Positions 1-8,566 of a DNA stretch of 64,000 nt are shown here, piece by piece (within the stretch, counting starts at the first letter, position 1; every line of letters begins with the position of its first letter). The stretch is from NCBI GenBank assembly GCA_007132715.1, contig SLOE01000047.1:105428-169427 (forward strand). The letters are read 5' to 3'. The DNA is from Bacteroidales bacterium (GTDB taxonomy: Bacteria; Bacteroidota; Bacteroidia; Bacteroidales; PUMT01). The position numbers were made by a program, and so were the translations under genes. The notes under the pieces were generated by a model. It had not been told where the DNA came from, did not search any database, and saw only the letters and a program-made list of their open reading frames with translations.

Positions 1-656
1 AGGAGATGAAAAAATTTGCCAAAAAACTTAATAAATATGCAAAAATCAAGGACCTCAAAGAGGTTAAGGTTGAGACCGGAGTGGTTGCCGGACAACCCGG
101 TGAGGAGATTGAGAGCATAATCGGCACTTACGATCCTGATTTCATTGTGATCGGGACCAGAGGGCACGGTGAGCGGGCCAATGAGGTACTGGGATCGGTC
201 GCTGCAAGGGTAATAGACATTTCAGGTATCCCGGTACTGCTGGTGACCAGGGACGCAAAGCTCAGGGAGGAAGGAGATGTCAGGCTGCTATATGCCACCG
301 ATTTTGACGATACTGATTACCAGGCCATTGGCAGCCTTTCTGCAATTATGTCGGGTTACCGCCTGAATATTTTCTGTGTCCATTTCGAGACAGGACCGGC
401 AAAAGAAGATAAAGAGGGAAAGATGGCTGAGATGAAGAACAAACTTATAGAGAACGAAAAGGTAATGTCAATTGAATGCCACAATATCAGAAGTGACGAT
501 ATTGTAACCGACCTGAACAGGTTTGTCGAAGCAAATGATATTGAGCTGATTGCGCTCACACATAAAAAAAGAAATATATTTTACAGGCTTTTTAATCCAA
601 GTTTGGCAAAGAAATTGCTGTTTCAAACAAAGAAGCCTGTTTTTGTGTTTAATTAA
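1..656 (+). CDS. universal stress protein (tandem Usp domains), 5' end probably cut by the window edge
   Basis: ORF 6..656 stays open to position 1. The first Usp domain is only its C-terminal half (DFIVIGTRGHG...LGSVAARV...PVLLV). A complete second Usp domain follows (RLLYATDF...IELIALTHKKR). The ATG at 6 is therefore probably internal. Confidence 0.7.
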   Translation, partial: EMKKFAKKLNKYAKIKDLKEVKVETGVVAGQPGEEIESIIGTYDPDFIVIGTRGHGERANEVLGSVAARVIDISGIPVLLVTRDAKLREEGDVRLLYATDFDDTDYQAIGSLSAIMSGYRLNIFCVHFETGPAKEDKEGKMAEMKNKLIENEKVMSIECHNIRSDDIVTDLNRFVEANDIELIALTHKKRNIFYRLFNPSLAKKLLFQTKKPVFVFN

Positions 657-756
657 TTAATAGACAAATCAGATAAGGATTTTATAGTTCCTTTTAAAAA
701 AAATACTATTTTAGCACCCTGTAAAATTTAACAGAACAAAACAAAACTCAAAGTTT

Positions 757-1734
757 ATGAAGATCAGGTTAATGAAAAAACTTTTATTGTTGTCGCTGGT
801 GTCCCTTTTTATCGGTTTCCAGGCAAACGGACAAACCCTGAAGGATGCCATAGATGCATACAATAACGGACTTGACCTTGTTGACAGTGACATGAGGGCA
901 GCGATCGAAAGTTTTAAAAAGAGCTATGAGATTGCCAGCCTTTTAGGCGCAGAGGGAGAAGAGGTCAAAGAGCAGGCAGAGATACAGATACCGGGTCTCT
1001 ATTTCGATCTGGCAATGGGTTATTACCGTGAACGGAACATACCCGACGCCATATCGGGATTTGAAGAGGCGATAGAAGTGGCCGGCGAATACAACGATCC
1101 CGGCACAAAGACCCGTTCTGAAAATGTGCTTCACCAGCTTTATGCGATGCAGGCGAATGCGCTGTTCAGGCAGGAAAGCTATGATGAAGCGCTCAGCATG
1201 TTTGACATGGCACTGGCCATCAATCCCCAGCATGCAAGATCCTACCTTGGAAAGGGACTTGTTTACAGGAGGCTGGAAGATGCGGCAAACTTCAGAGAAA
1301 GTATGGATATGGCCATTGAGACGGCCCTGATGACAGATGACGGACAGATTCTGCAGACAGCCGAGTCGACCGCACGTGATTTCTTCCTCGTACGCGCAGT
1401 CAGAGCCAAGGGAGAGGCCAACTATGACCAGGCCCTTGAATTTCTTACCACATCACTCGCGTATGACCAGGAGTTTCCCGAATCACATTTTCTTCTATCA
1501 TCGGTATACAATGAGCAGAGAAGGTACCAGGACGCGGTGAACAGCGCACAAAGGGCGATCGAATTGTCTGCCGGCAGCCGGGAGGAAAAGGCCAAGATGT
1601 ATTTTGAACTTGGCAAGGCATATGAAGGACTGGGCAACGCCACACAGGCATGCGAAGCTTACAGCAATGCTGCTTTCGGCAACTACGAAGCTTCTGCCAG
1701 ATACCAGATGGAACATGTTCTGAAGTGCCAGTAA
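757..1734 (+). CDS. TPR-repeat protein with N-terminal signal peptide
   Basis: Signal-like N-terminus MKKLLLLSLVSLFIGFQANGQ. Repeated ~34-aa units with the A..Y/F...G/A..A TPR pattern (e.g. YDEALSMFDMALAINPQHARSYLGKGLVY). Confidence 0.7.
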   Translation: MKIRLMKKLLLLSLVSLFIGFQANGQTLKDAIDAYNNGLDLVDSDMRAAIESFKKSYEIASLLGAEGEEVKEQAEIQIPGLYFDLAMGYYRERNIPDAISGFEEAIEVAGEYNDPGTKTRSENVLHQLYAMQANALFRQESYDEALSMFDMALAINPQHARSYLGKGLVYRRLEDAANFRESMDMAIETALMTDDGQILQTAESTARDFFLVRAVRAKGEANYDQALEFLTTSLAYDQEFPESHFLLSSVYNEQRRYQDAVNSAQRAIELSAGSREEKAKMYFELGKAYEGLGNATQACEAYSNAAFGNYEASARYQMEHVLKCQ

Positions 1735-1757
1735 CAGATCCGCGTACAAGACCAATA

Positions 1758-1793
1758 CAGAAAACCACCCCCTGAGGGTGGTTTTCTGTTTTT
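1758..1793 (+). terminator. rho-independent terminator after the TPR gene
   Basis: 13-bp perfect stem cagaaaaccaccc / gggtggttttctg with a 5-nt loop, followed by TTTTT. It lies 24 nt after the stop codon. Confidence 0.7.
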
Positions 1794-1873
1794 GGTTCAG
1801 GCAGTGAGTGACAGGACCTATTCATGAGGCCACCTGCCGCGGGTGGTTTTCTGTTTTTGGTTCAGGCAGTGAG
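1776..1873. repeat. 33-bp direct repeat, two copies 65 bp apart
   Basis: gggtggttttctgtttttggttcaggcagtgag occurs identically at 1776-1808 and 1841-1873. Copy 1 is the 3' arm plus T-tract of the terminator. Copy 2 is preceded by a shorter ccacc...ggtgg stem. Confidence 0.85.
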
Positions 1874-1907
1874 GGGCAGGTGCAAATTGCACGGGACATC
1901 CGCATGT

Positions 1908-2633
1908 TCAGGACCTCAGCAGTGCCGCGAACTCTTTAAGTTTGGAAGGATCCCTCTCAACTGAATTGCCAACCACTGCTATATCGGCACCGGCATCATA
2001 AACTTTCCGGAGATCATCTGCATCCCTAATGCCGCCACCCACCACCAGGGGCAGGCTGATATTCTTTCTTACCGCCTCAATCATGGCAGGTGGAATGATG
2101 CCGTTTGCCCCGCTTCCACCCTCCATGTAAATGAGTTTAAGTCCCAGTAACTCCCCGGCAATAGCCGTGGATACCGCAATATCAGGTTTGTTGCGGGGTA
2201 TAGGAGTGGTATTGCTCATATAGCCTACTGAACTCAGCGCACCGTTCTCAATGAGCATGTAACCCGTTGGTATTACCTCGAGCCTGCTGTTCCTGATAAA
2301 CCGTGCAGCCACAACATGGTTGCCGATAAGAAACTCCGGGTTTCTCCCCGATATGAGCGAAAGCAGCAATATTCCATCAGCCTTGCTGCTGAGCTGCCCG
2401 GGATTGCCCGGAAAAAGGAGTACCGGTATTGTTGAGATGCTCTTGATAGCTTCAACGACCGCATCAACGGGATTGCTTACAAGGCTTCCCCCGACAAGCA
2501 CCAGGGAGACGCCCGAGGACGCAGCCATCTCCATCAGTCCGGTGAGTCTGTCAACCCCTGTCTCATCGGGATCAACCAACAGTGCAAGGATCTTTTTTTT
2601 CCCCGAAAGGGTAAGAATCGACTGGTATATCAT
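1908..2633 (-). CDS. geranylgeranylglyceryl/heptaprenylglyceryl phosphate synthase family protein (PcrB/GGGPS)
   Basis: Family motifs: LVDPD, VLVGGS, PVLLFPG, LLSLISGRNPEFLIG, IYMEGGSGA, LVVGGGIR. I prefer the internal start at 2633 (MIYQS...), which removes the overlap with the upstream gene. The track ORF extends to 2696. Confidence 0.75.
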   Translation of the reverse strand: MIYQSILTLSGKKKILALLVDPDETGVDRLTGLMEMAASSGVSLVLVGGSLVSNPVDAVVEAIKSISTIPVLLFPGNPGQLSSKADGILLLSLISGRNPEFLIGNHVVAARFIRNSRLEVIPTGYMLIENGALSSVGYMSNTTPIPRNKPDIAVSTAIAGELLGLKLIYMEGGSGANGIIPPAMIEAVRKNISLPLVVGGGIRDADDLRKVYDAGADIAVVGNSVERDPSKLKEFAALLRS

Positions 2634-2640
2634 AAATTGT

Positions 2641-3273
2641 TTACTTGCAACACCAAACAACGGTATATTTACGGTACTTGAAATAGTGCAGCACAAAATC
2701 CTCCCTTATCGCATCTGTATGGACCCGGCCCGTTAAGGTACCCGACTTTTCAGGAGTGAACGGATCAATAATGATATCCTCACGGAAGTTAATGTTCTGC
2801 TTGTCGCATATCTTGTAGAGCGTCTCCTTGGCACACCAGTATATGTAAACATGGTACCGCCTGTACCTCCGGCTTACCGACTCCTCTTCACCCGGAGTGA
2901 GAAATTTGCCGGCAAGTGAAGATATCTTTCCTGAAACATTTTCAAGGTCAACACCCACACGCCGTGTCCTGCTCAGGATTATGGAGGTCAGCCGGCCGGA
3001 GTGGGATATACTGATATGGAAATCCGGGTCGGTAAGGAAAGGTTTACGGTTGCCGTTATAATATATCTTTATGCCCGGCCCTACCATATCCAGCAGAAGA
3101 GCCCTGACACTCAGCCACTCCAGCTTCCTGCCGTAGCTTTTAAAGCTGTTCAGCGTATCTATCTCCCCCTCATTCAGATCCAGCCGGTCGTAAAGCGAGA
3201 AAAAATCCTCATCTATCTCCCACAAGCCCAGAAGAGTATCATCCTGCACATATTTTTTCATTACCAGTCCCAT
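2641..3273 (-). CDS. 4'-phosphopantetheinyl transferase (Sfp-type)
   Basis: PPTase motifs ISISHS, GVDLE and WCAKETLYK (W..KE...K). The stop lies 7 nt upstream of the GGGPS start on the same strand. Confidence 0.7.
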   Translation of the reverse strand: MGLVMKKYVQDDTLLGLWEIDEDFFSLYDRLDLNEGEIDTLNSFKSYGRKLEWLSVRALLLDMVGPGIKIYYNGNRKPFLTDPDFHISISHSGRLTSIILSRTRRVGVDLENVSGKISSLAGKFLTPGEEESVSRRYRRYHVYIYWCAKETLYKICDKQNINFREDIIIDPFTPEKSGTLTGRVHTDAIREDFVLHYFKYRKYTVVWCCK

Positions 3274-3319
3274 ACCAAAGACTTTTTGCGTACCGCAAAC
3301 GGCAAATATGAGAAATCAT

Positions 3320-3898
3320 TTACTTCCAGGCAAAACTTTCCATCAGGTATATTATATCTTCTATGAAATAATCGATAACAGGATCGAGTGAATCCCTGTT
3401 GGGTGGCACGCTGAAATACAATGCACCACGAAAGAAATGGCTGGCTGAATCGGTCAGATAGAACTGAACTGCCGAAGCCGCATTCCCTTTGATATCATAC
3501 AGTGTGCCGTACACATCATCAGCCCTGTTTATGAACATTCTCTCATCAATCGCATCAGCCTTGACCGTATGCCTGAATGCCAGTTTCCGCGCATCCTCAA
3601 GGTAATCAACGAGGTTATTGTCAATTTCGCTGTAACTGATATGCAGTCTCCCCCTGTAGCCGGGAAAATCTATATTAAACCAGCATGGATGCACCAGTCT
3701 GCCGTCATCGTCATTTATCTCAGCAAATGAAGGATAGCTGAATACAAAAGGGCAGTCCCCTTCATAGGTTATATATTCCCTTTCGGGGAAATCTATCCTG
3801 AAATAGCCCCTTGGCCTGGGTGAATAGTCGCCGGTGCAGGAAGCAAACGTCAAACCCGCTGCCAATATGATTGCAATAATTGTTTTCCGATGTTTCAT
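3320..3898 (-). CDS. gldD: gliding motility lipoprotein GldD
   Basis: Lipobox LTFASC. The N-terminus PRPRGYFRIDFPEREY resembles the GldD family as I remember it. It lies 3 nt downstream of a GldE-like gene, as in Flavobacterium johnsoniae. Confidence 0.65.
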   Translation of the reverse strand: MKHRKTIIAIILAAGLTFASCTGDYSPRPRGYFRIDFPEREYITYEGDCPFVFSYPSFAEINDDDGRLVHPCWFNIDFPGYRGRLHISYSEIDNNLVDYLEDARKLAFRHTVKADAIDERMFINRADDVYGTLYDIKGNAASAVQFYLTDSASHFFRGALYFSVPPNRDSLDPVIDYFIEDIIYLMESFAWK

Positions 3899-3901
3899 AG
3901 C

Positions 3902-5263
3902 CTACTCCTTGCTCTTTTCCGTACCCTCTTCATCCGGTTTTGCCTCACCTGAAAGGCGGACCCTGATCTGTTTGATGCGCCGGTTATCGGCAGACTCTAT
4001 CTTGAACTCGAATTGTCCGTACACTATTTTCTTGTTCTTGCCGGGAATCTCTCCTTCGTATTCAAGTATAAGCCCTGCCAGGGTGTCAGCATCCCCCCTA
4101 ATATCATCAAAAACTCCGGGATTGAGGTTCAGTATCTTATAGAAGTCATTAAGCGGGGTCTTCCCTTCGAATATATAGGTGCCGTCGTCAAGTTTTGAAA
4201 AATAGAGCTCCTCAAGATCAAATTCATCACTGATCTCACCCACTATCTCCTCAAGTATGTCTTCCATGGTGACTATACCGGTGGTGCCTCCGTATTCATC
4301 AACAACTACGGCCATATGTATCTTCTGAAGCTGGAACTCCTTCAGCAGGTCATTTATTTTCTTTGTTTCAGGCACGAAATACGGAGGCCTTATCAAGGTC
4401 TGCCACCTGAAGGAATCTCCCTTCTGGTGGTGAGGCAGAAGGTCCTTAACATAAAGGATCCCTTTCACATCGTCAAATGTGCCTGTATATACCGGAATAC
4501 GGGAGTAACCCGATTCAATAATTATTGAGATGAGGTTATTCATAACTGTCGATGTGTTAACAGCTACAACATCTATCCGGGGCTTCATTATCTCGGTAAC
4601 TGCCTTATTGCCGAAATCGACTATACCCCTGAGTATCTTTTTATCCTCCTTCAGCGAAGGTGCCGCAAGGTCAAGCGCATGGCCAAGGTCATCGATAGAC
4701 AGGTTGTCCCTGGTGCTGGTTACCTTTCTGTAGAAAAAAGCTCCCGACCTTATAAGGATCATACTTAGTGGCTTGAGCAGACTGCCGGTCAGAAGCAGGG
4801 GGTGGGCCATAAAGAGTGCAAACCTCAGGGGACTGTGATTGGCATACAGTTTAGGCAATATCTCGCCGAACAGCAGAAGAAGGAAAGTAATGACCACCAC
4901 CATAATGAAGAAGCCAAGAGCAGGTGATGCTGAAAAGTCCATTAGAGATTCGGCAATGATCGTTGAGAGGATGACAATGGCAACATTTACAAAATTGTTT
5001 GATACCACAATGGTAGCCAGCAACCTCTCCTGGTCCTTCAGGAGCATTCTTGCCACACGGCTGGAATTGGTTTCCCCCTTCTCAACGGTGTTCAGATCTG
5101 CGGGTGACAATGAAAAAAAAGCCACCTCAGATCCGGAAATCAGGGCCGAAACAATCAGCAGCAAGGCAAGTCCGATAAGGCCTATGCCTATCCCGACTGT
5201 AAAAGGGTGGAAAACTAATTCTGTATTGGTGAAAAACCCTAAAAAATAATCACTCTCTTCCAA
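3902..5263 (-). CDS. gldE: GldE: DUF21 membrane domain + CBS pair + CorC/HlyC C-terminal domain
   Basis: N-terminal multi-TM region, a CBS pair (IMKPRIDVVAV...SRIPVY) and a CorC_HlyC-type C-terminus. The ssb-gldE-gldD order matches the order published for F. johnsoniae. Confidence 0.7.
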   Translation of the reverse strand: MEESDYFLGFFTNTELVFHPFTVGIGIGLIGLALLLIVSALISGSEVAFFSLSPADLNTVEKGETNSSRVARMLLKDQERLLATIVVSNNFVNVAIVILSTIIAESLMDFSASPALGFFIMVVVITFLLLLFGEILPKLYANHSPLRFALFMAHPLLLTGSLLKPLSMILIRSGAFFYRKVTSTRDNLSIDDLGHALDLAAPSLKEDKKILRGIVDFGNKAVTEIMKPRIDVVAVNTSTVMNNLISIIIESGYSRIPVYTGTFDDVKGILYVKDLLPHHQKGDSFRWQTLIRPPYFVPETKKINDLLKEFQLQKIHMAVVVDEYGGTTGIVTMEDILEEIVGEISDEFDLEELYFSKLDDGTYIFEGKTPLNDFYKILNLNPGVFDDIRGDADTLAGLILEYEGEIPGKNKKIVYGQFEFKIESADNRRIKQIRVRLSGEAKPDEEGTEKSKE

Positions 5264-5320
5264 AGCAGTTAAGCAATCGTTTTACTTGTTTGTCCAGTTT
5301 CGGCATCCGTGCAAGGTGCA

Positions 5321-5329
5321 GGGGGGGGG
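5321..5329. repeat. G9 homopolymer (C9 on the gldE strand)
   Basis: Nine consecutive G residues, 58-66 nt upstream of the gldE start codon. Confidence 0.9.
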
Positions 5330-5473
5330 CTCCACTGACCGACACTGCAAGTTAATAAATAAATTGCTGATATTAACAAACCGGTAACAATAAGAGGCAT
5401 TAAGGATGCCCGGAAGCGTTCAGCCCCCGGGATCACAACAGCAATTTAACAGGCGGAAATGAGAACAGGCACG

Positions 5474-5562
5474 CGGTCATTGTAAGCTGCCCCGTCTCCT
5501 TCTGCTGAAGACAGCTGATCACAACCTGAAAGAGATCGGTCGTCCGGTCATTGTAAGCTGCC
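5474..5562. repeat. 18-bp direct repeat, two copies
   Basis: cggtcattgtaagctgcc at 5474-5491 and 5545-5562, with a 71-bp period, just downstream of the ssb stop. Confidence 0.85.
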
Positions 5563-5572
5563 TGTGCAGATG

Positions 5573-5995
5573 TCAGAACGGCAGATCGTCCTGTTCGCCA
5601 GCATCGGTATCCGGACCATCATCCTGGATCTGTGACACAACCTCCTCCTGATCTTCGCCCGGGGCTGCAGGTTTCCTGCCAAGCATTTTCATTGCATCGG
5701 CAAAAACCTCTGTGGTATACCTTTTGTTGCCATCCTTGTCATCCCATGAGCGGGTACGCAACCTGCCTTCGATGTAAAGCAGCTCGCCCTTTTTCACATA
5801 TTTTTCGACAACTTCGGCAAGTCCCCGCCACAGGACTATACGGTGCCACTCCGTCTGTGTAACCTTTTCACCGTTTTTGTCCTTGTAGGTCTCATTGGTG
5901 GCAAGGTTGAAATTTGCAACAGCGACACCCGATTCAAGGTGTCTTACTTCAGGATCCTGTCCTGCATTTCCTACTAATACTACTTTGTTGACCAT
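5573..5995 (-). CDS. ssb: single-stranded DNA-binding protein
   Basis: OB-fold N-terminus MVNKVVLVGNAGQDPEVR, an acidic/Gly-poor linker, and the canonical C-terminal tip DDLPF. Confidence 0.9.
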   Translation of the reverse strand: MVNKVVLVGNAGQDPEVRHLESGVAVANFNLATNETYKDKNGEKVTQTEWHRIVLWRGLAEVVEKYVKKGELLYIEGRLRTRSWDDKDGNKRYTTEVFADAMKMLGRKPAAPGEDQEEVVSQIQDDGPDTDAGEQDDLPF

Positions 5996-6251
5996 AATAG
6001 ATTATATTTTTTGGTTAGTACTATATTAAATTTAAGAAAATATCCTTTATAAAACAATATCCCGGCCCACCTTTTTTCTCTTTTCGAATGGAACCCGGCG
6101 ATTGCAATTTACATATAAAAAGATGACAAAACAGACCTTCCCTGGGTGCAACTATTTGGCTAAACCTCAATTTTTTATTAAAAATCGCTATATTTACATC
6201 TGTCAGGGCAAATTTACCATATGATAGTTTTTTTTATTTGGCAAATAAATT

Positions 6252-6259
6252 TATATTTG
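6252..6259 (+). promoter_or_regulatory. candidate Bacteroidota -7 promoter box (TAnnTTTG) for the HU gene
   Basis: tatatttg lies 54 nt upstream of the ATG. A TTTG at 6237-6240 could be a -33 element, but the spacing is shorter than usual. Confidence 0.3.
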
Positions 6260-6312
6260 CAGTCCGATAGTAAAACTATTCACTAATTAATTGATAACTA
6301 AAGATTTTAAAA

Positions 6313-6600
6313 ATGACAAAGGCAGATATTGTTAACGAGATTTCCAAAAACACTGGAATTGAAAAAATAACTGTTCAGAAAACAGTTGAAGCTTTTATGG
6401 AAACTGTAAAGGACTCCCTCTCAAAGGACAAGAACGTGTACCTGAGGGGATTCGGCAGCTTTATTGTTAAGAAAAGGGCCAAGAAAACAGCCAGAAACAT
6501 TTCCAAGAACACTACCATTATCATACCTGAACATTTCATTCCGGCCTTTAAGCCTTCCAAGACATTCGTAAACAAGGTCAAGACATACGTAAAGAAATAA
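6313..6600 (+). CDS. HU family DNA-binding protein
   Basis: MTKADIVNEISKNTG...V..F...V...L.....V.LRGFGSF.VKKRAKK.ARN is the typical HU/IHF fold signature. Confidence 0.85.
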   Translation: MTKADIVNEISKNTGIEKITVQKTVEAFMETVKDSLSKDKNVYLRGFGSFIVKKRAKKTARNISKNTTIIIPEHFIPAFKPSKTFVNKVKTYVKK

Positions 6601-6621
6601 GACCGGCTAATAATAATAATA

Positions 6622-6714
6622 ATGCCAAGCGGAAAAAAGAGAAAAAGACATAAGATGGCTACCCATAAACGTAAAAAGCGTTTAAGGAAAAACCGCCATA
6701 AAAAGAGGAAATAG
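6622..6714 (+). CDS. 30-aa highly basic ORF, bS22/mS38 (AURKAIP1/COX24)-like small ribosomal protein candidate
   Basis: My own translation: MPSGKKRKRHKMATHKRKKRLRKNRHKKRK*. It is below the 60-aa cutoff of the ORF track. It starts 21 nt after the HU stop and is followed by a stem-loop. The pattern is close to mycobacterial bS22 (..[20 protein letters not shown]..) as I remember it. Confidence 0.55.
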   Translation: MPSGKKRKRHKMATHKRKKRLRKNRHKKRK

Positions 6715-6749
6715 GCTATTATTAAGCTGACAGCAAATATGTAAGAACT

Positions 6750-6779
6750 AAACCTAAAGAAATCTTTTTCTTTAGGTTT
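6750..6779 (+). terminator. stem-loop after the small basic ORF (possible terminator or processing site)
   Basis: 13-bp perfect stem aaacctaaagaaa / tttctttaggttt with a 4-nt loop. No clean T-tract follows it. Confidence 0.35.
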
Positions 6780-6865
6780 ATTAATATAAGTGTAACGTAT
6801 CAATTTCATACTGCTGCCGTTACTTTGACGTTTCCGCTTTTGCCTCCTATAATCAATGAGGAACT

Positions 6866-8425
6866 GTGAGCAAAGAACTAGTTATAGATGCTAATGCTTC
6901 TGAGATATCAATTGCACTGCTTGACAACAAACAGCTTGTTGAGCTGAACAAACAGAAAAGCAACGTTCAGTTTACTGTGGGCAATATCTACCTGGGGAAG
7001 GTTAAGAAAATAATGCCCGGGCTGAATGCTGCATTTGTTGATGTAGGATATGAAAAAGATGCATTTCTGCATTACCTGGATCTGGGACCCCAGTTCCAGA
7101 CCCTTAATAAATTTATTGCCCAGTTACAAAACCGGAAAAGCAAGAACCCGGTGCTTCAGAGATTCAAATCTGAGAATGATATAGCCAAGGACGGTAAAAT
7201 CTCAAAAGTGCTGTCAAGCGGTCAGAATGTACTGGTGCAGATAGCCAAGGAACCTATATCAACCAAAGGGCCCCGGTTAAGCTCTGAGATATCGATCGCC
7301 GGCAGGAACCTGGTTCTGATGCCTTTTTCTGATAAGGTATCGGTGTCGCAAAAGATCGAATCGGCCGAAGAGAGGAACAGGCTCAAACGGCTTCTTCAGA
7401 GTATCAAGCCCAGAAATTACGGACTTATTGTCAGGACTGTCGCCGAAGGCAAAAGAGTCGCCGAACTGGATGCCGAACTCAAAAACCTTGTCAAAAAATG
7501 GGAATCCATCTATGACAAAATAAGTGGCGGTGCAGCCCCGAAGCTTGCACTTCAGGAGATGGACCGCACATCAACGATCCTGCGCGACCTTCTCAATGTA
7601 GACTTCAACAGCGTTTATGTAAACGACGAGATACTTGTAAGGGAGATAAAGCAATATGTCAGTACCATTGCTCCCGAAAAACAAAAAATTGTAAAATATT
7701 ACTCCGGCAAGACGCCCATTTTTGATCATTTCGGTATTGAAAAACAGATCAAGTCACTGTTCGGCAAAACAGTATCCTGCCGTAACGGGGCCTACCTTAT
7801 TATTGAACATACAGAAGCGCTTCATGTTATTGACATAAACAGCGGCAACAGGTCAAAATCAGGTGATAACCAGGAAGCAAATGCACTTGCAGTAAATATG
7901 ATAGCGGCTCAGGAAGTTGCAAGACAGCTCCGACTGCGCGACATGGGCGGTATCATAGTTGTAGATTTCATTGATTTGCACTCCCAGGAGAACAAGCAGA
8001 TGCTGTTTGACAAGATGAAGGAGTTCATGTCGGAAGACCGCACCAAGCACAACATACTACCTTTGAGTAAGTTCGGACTGATGCAGATCACCCGCCAGAG
8101 AGTCAGGCCCGAGATGAGCATCAAGACCATGGAGAACTGTCCCGCATGCCAGGGCACCGGCGAGATCAGTCCCAGCATCCTGCTTACCGACCAGATAGAA
8201 GACCATCTTGTTAGAATACTTGAAAGATCGGTGCAGGGAACCATCGTATTAAAAGTCCATCCGTATATAGAGGCCTTCATCAGGAAAGGTTTTCCTTCGT
8301 TGAGGCTGAAATGGATGCTTCGTTACAGGAAGTTTATCAGGGTAATGCCTGTGATGTCTTACCATTTTACCGAATACCGGTTCTTTACCACTGATGACGA
8401 AGACCTTGACGCCCTGCTCCAGTAG
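6866..8425 (+). CDS. rng: Rne/Rng family ribonuclease (RNase G-like)
   Basis: GTG start. S1 domain (GNIYLGKVKKIMPGLNAAFVDVG). Catalytic core EHTEALHVIDINSG and IIVVDFIDL. Confidence 0.85.
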   Translation: MSKELVIDANASEISIALLDNKQLVELNKQKSNVQFTVGNIYLGKVKKIMPGLNAAFVDVGYEKDAFLHYLDLGPQFQTLNKFIAQLQNRKSKNPVLQRFKSENDIAKDGKISKVLSSGQNVLVQIAKEPISTKGPRLSSEISIAGRNLVLMPFSDKVSVSQKIESAEERNRLKRLLQSIKPRNYGLIVRTVAEGKRVAELDAELKNLVKKWESIYDKISGGAAPKLALQEMDRTSTILRDLLNVDFNSVYVNDEILVREIKQYVSTIAPEKQKIVKYYSGKTPIFDHFGIEKQIKSLFGKTVSCRNGAYLIIEHTEALHVIDINSGNRSKSGDNQEANALAVNMIAAQEVARQLRLRDMGGIIVVDFIDLHSQENKQMLFDKMKEFMSEDRTKHNILPLSKFGLMQITRQRVRPEMSIKTMENCPACQGTGEISPSILLTDQIEDHLVRILERSVQGTIVLKVHPYIEAFIRKGFPSLRLKWMLRYRKFIRVMPVMSYHFTEYRFFTTDDEDLDALLQ

Positions 8426-8566
8426 CAGTTGATTTAACTGACCGGGGACTTCATCTGCATATGGCGGCATGCATGACAACAGGCGTGGTTTTGTTTTTGC
8501 TGAACACTTTTTGAACAAATAGCAATGTTATCTGTATAAAATATTACTGATCCAAAAGAAAAGCAG

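Noticed and set aside
1-8. AGGAG followed by ATG at position 6 as a Shine-Dalgarno-driven true start of the Usp gene
   Set aside because: Genes in this window otherwise lack SD sequences, as is typical of Bacteroidota. The first Usp domain would be missing its N-terminal half, and the frame is open to the window edge. I treat the gene as 5'-truncated.
5264-5572. Possible small RNA gene (SRP/4.5S-like, because of the cccggaagcg segment) in the long ssb-gldE spacer
   Set aside because: It lacks the conserved SRP domain IV sequence (GGAAGCAGC context) and shows no convincing extended helix. No tRNA-like cloverleaf is present either.
6121-6222. 33-codon ORF (MTKQTFPGCNYLAKPQFFIKNRYIYICQGKFTI) in the ssb/HU divergent promoter region
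   Set aside because: It lies in AT-rich promoter DNA with no recognisable features or supporting context. It is most likely a chance ORF.
6375-6809. 144-aa Phe/Leu-rich ORF antisense to HU and the small basic ORF
   Set aside because: Its composition is the mirror image of Lys-rich sense coding (AAA/AAG read as TTT/CTT). The HU gene on the other strand is unambiguous.
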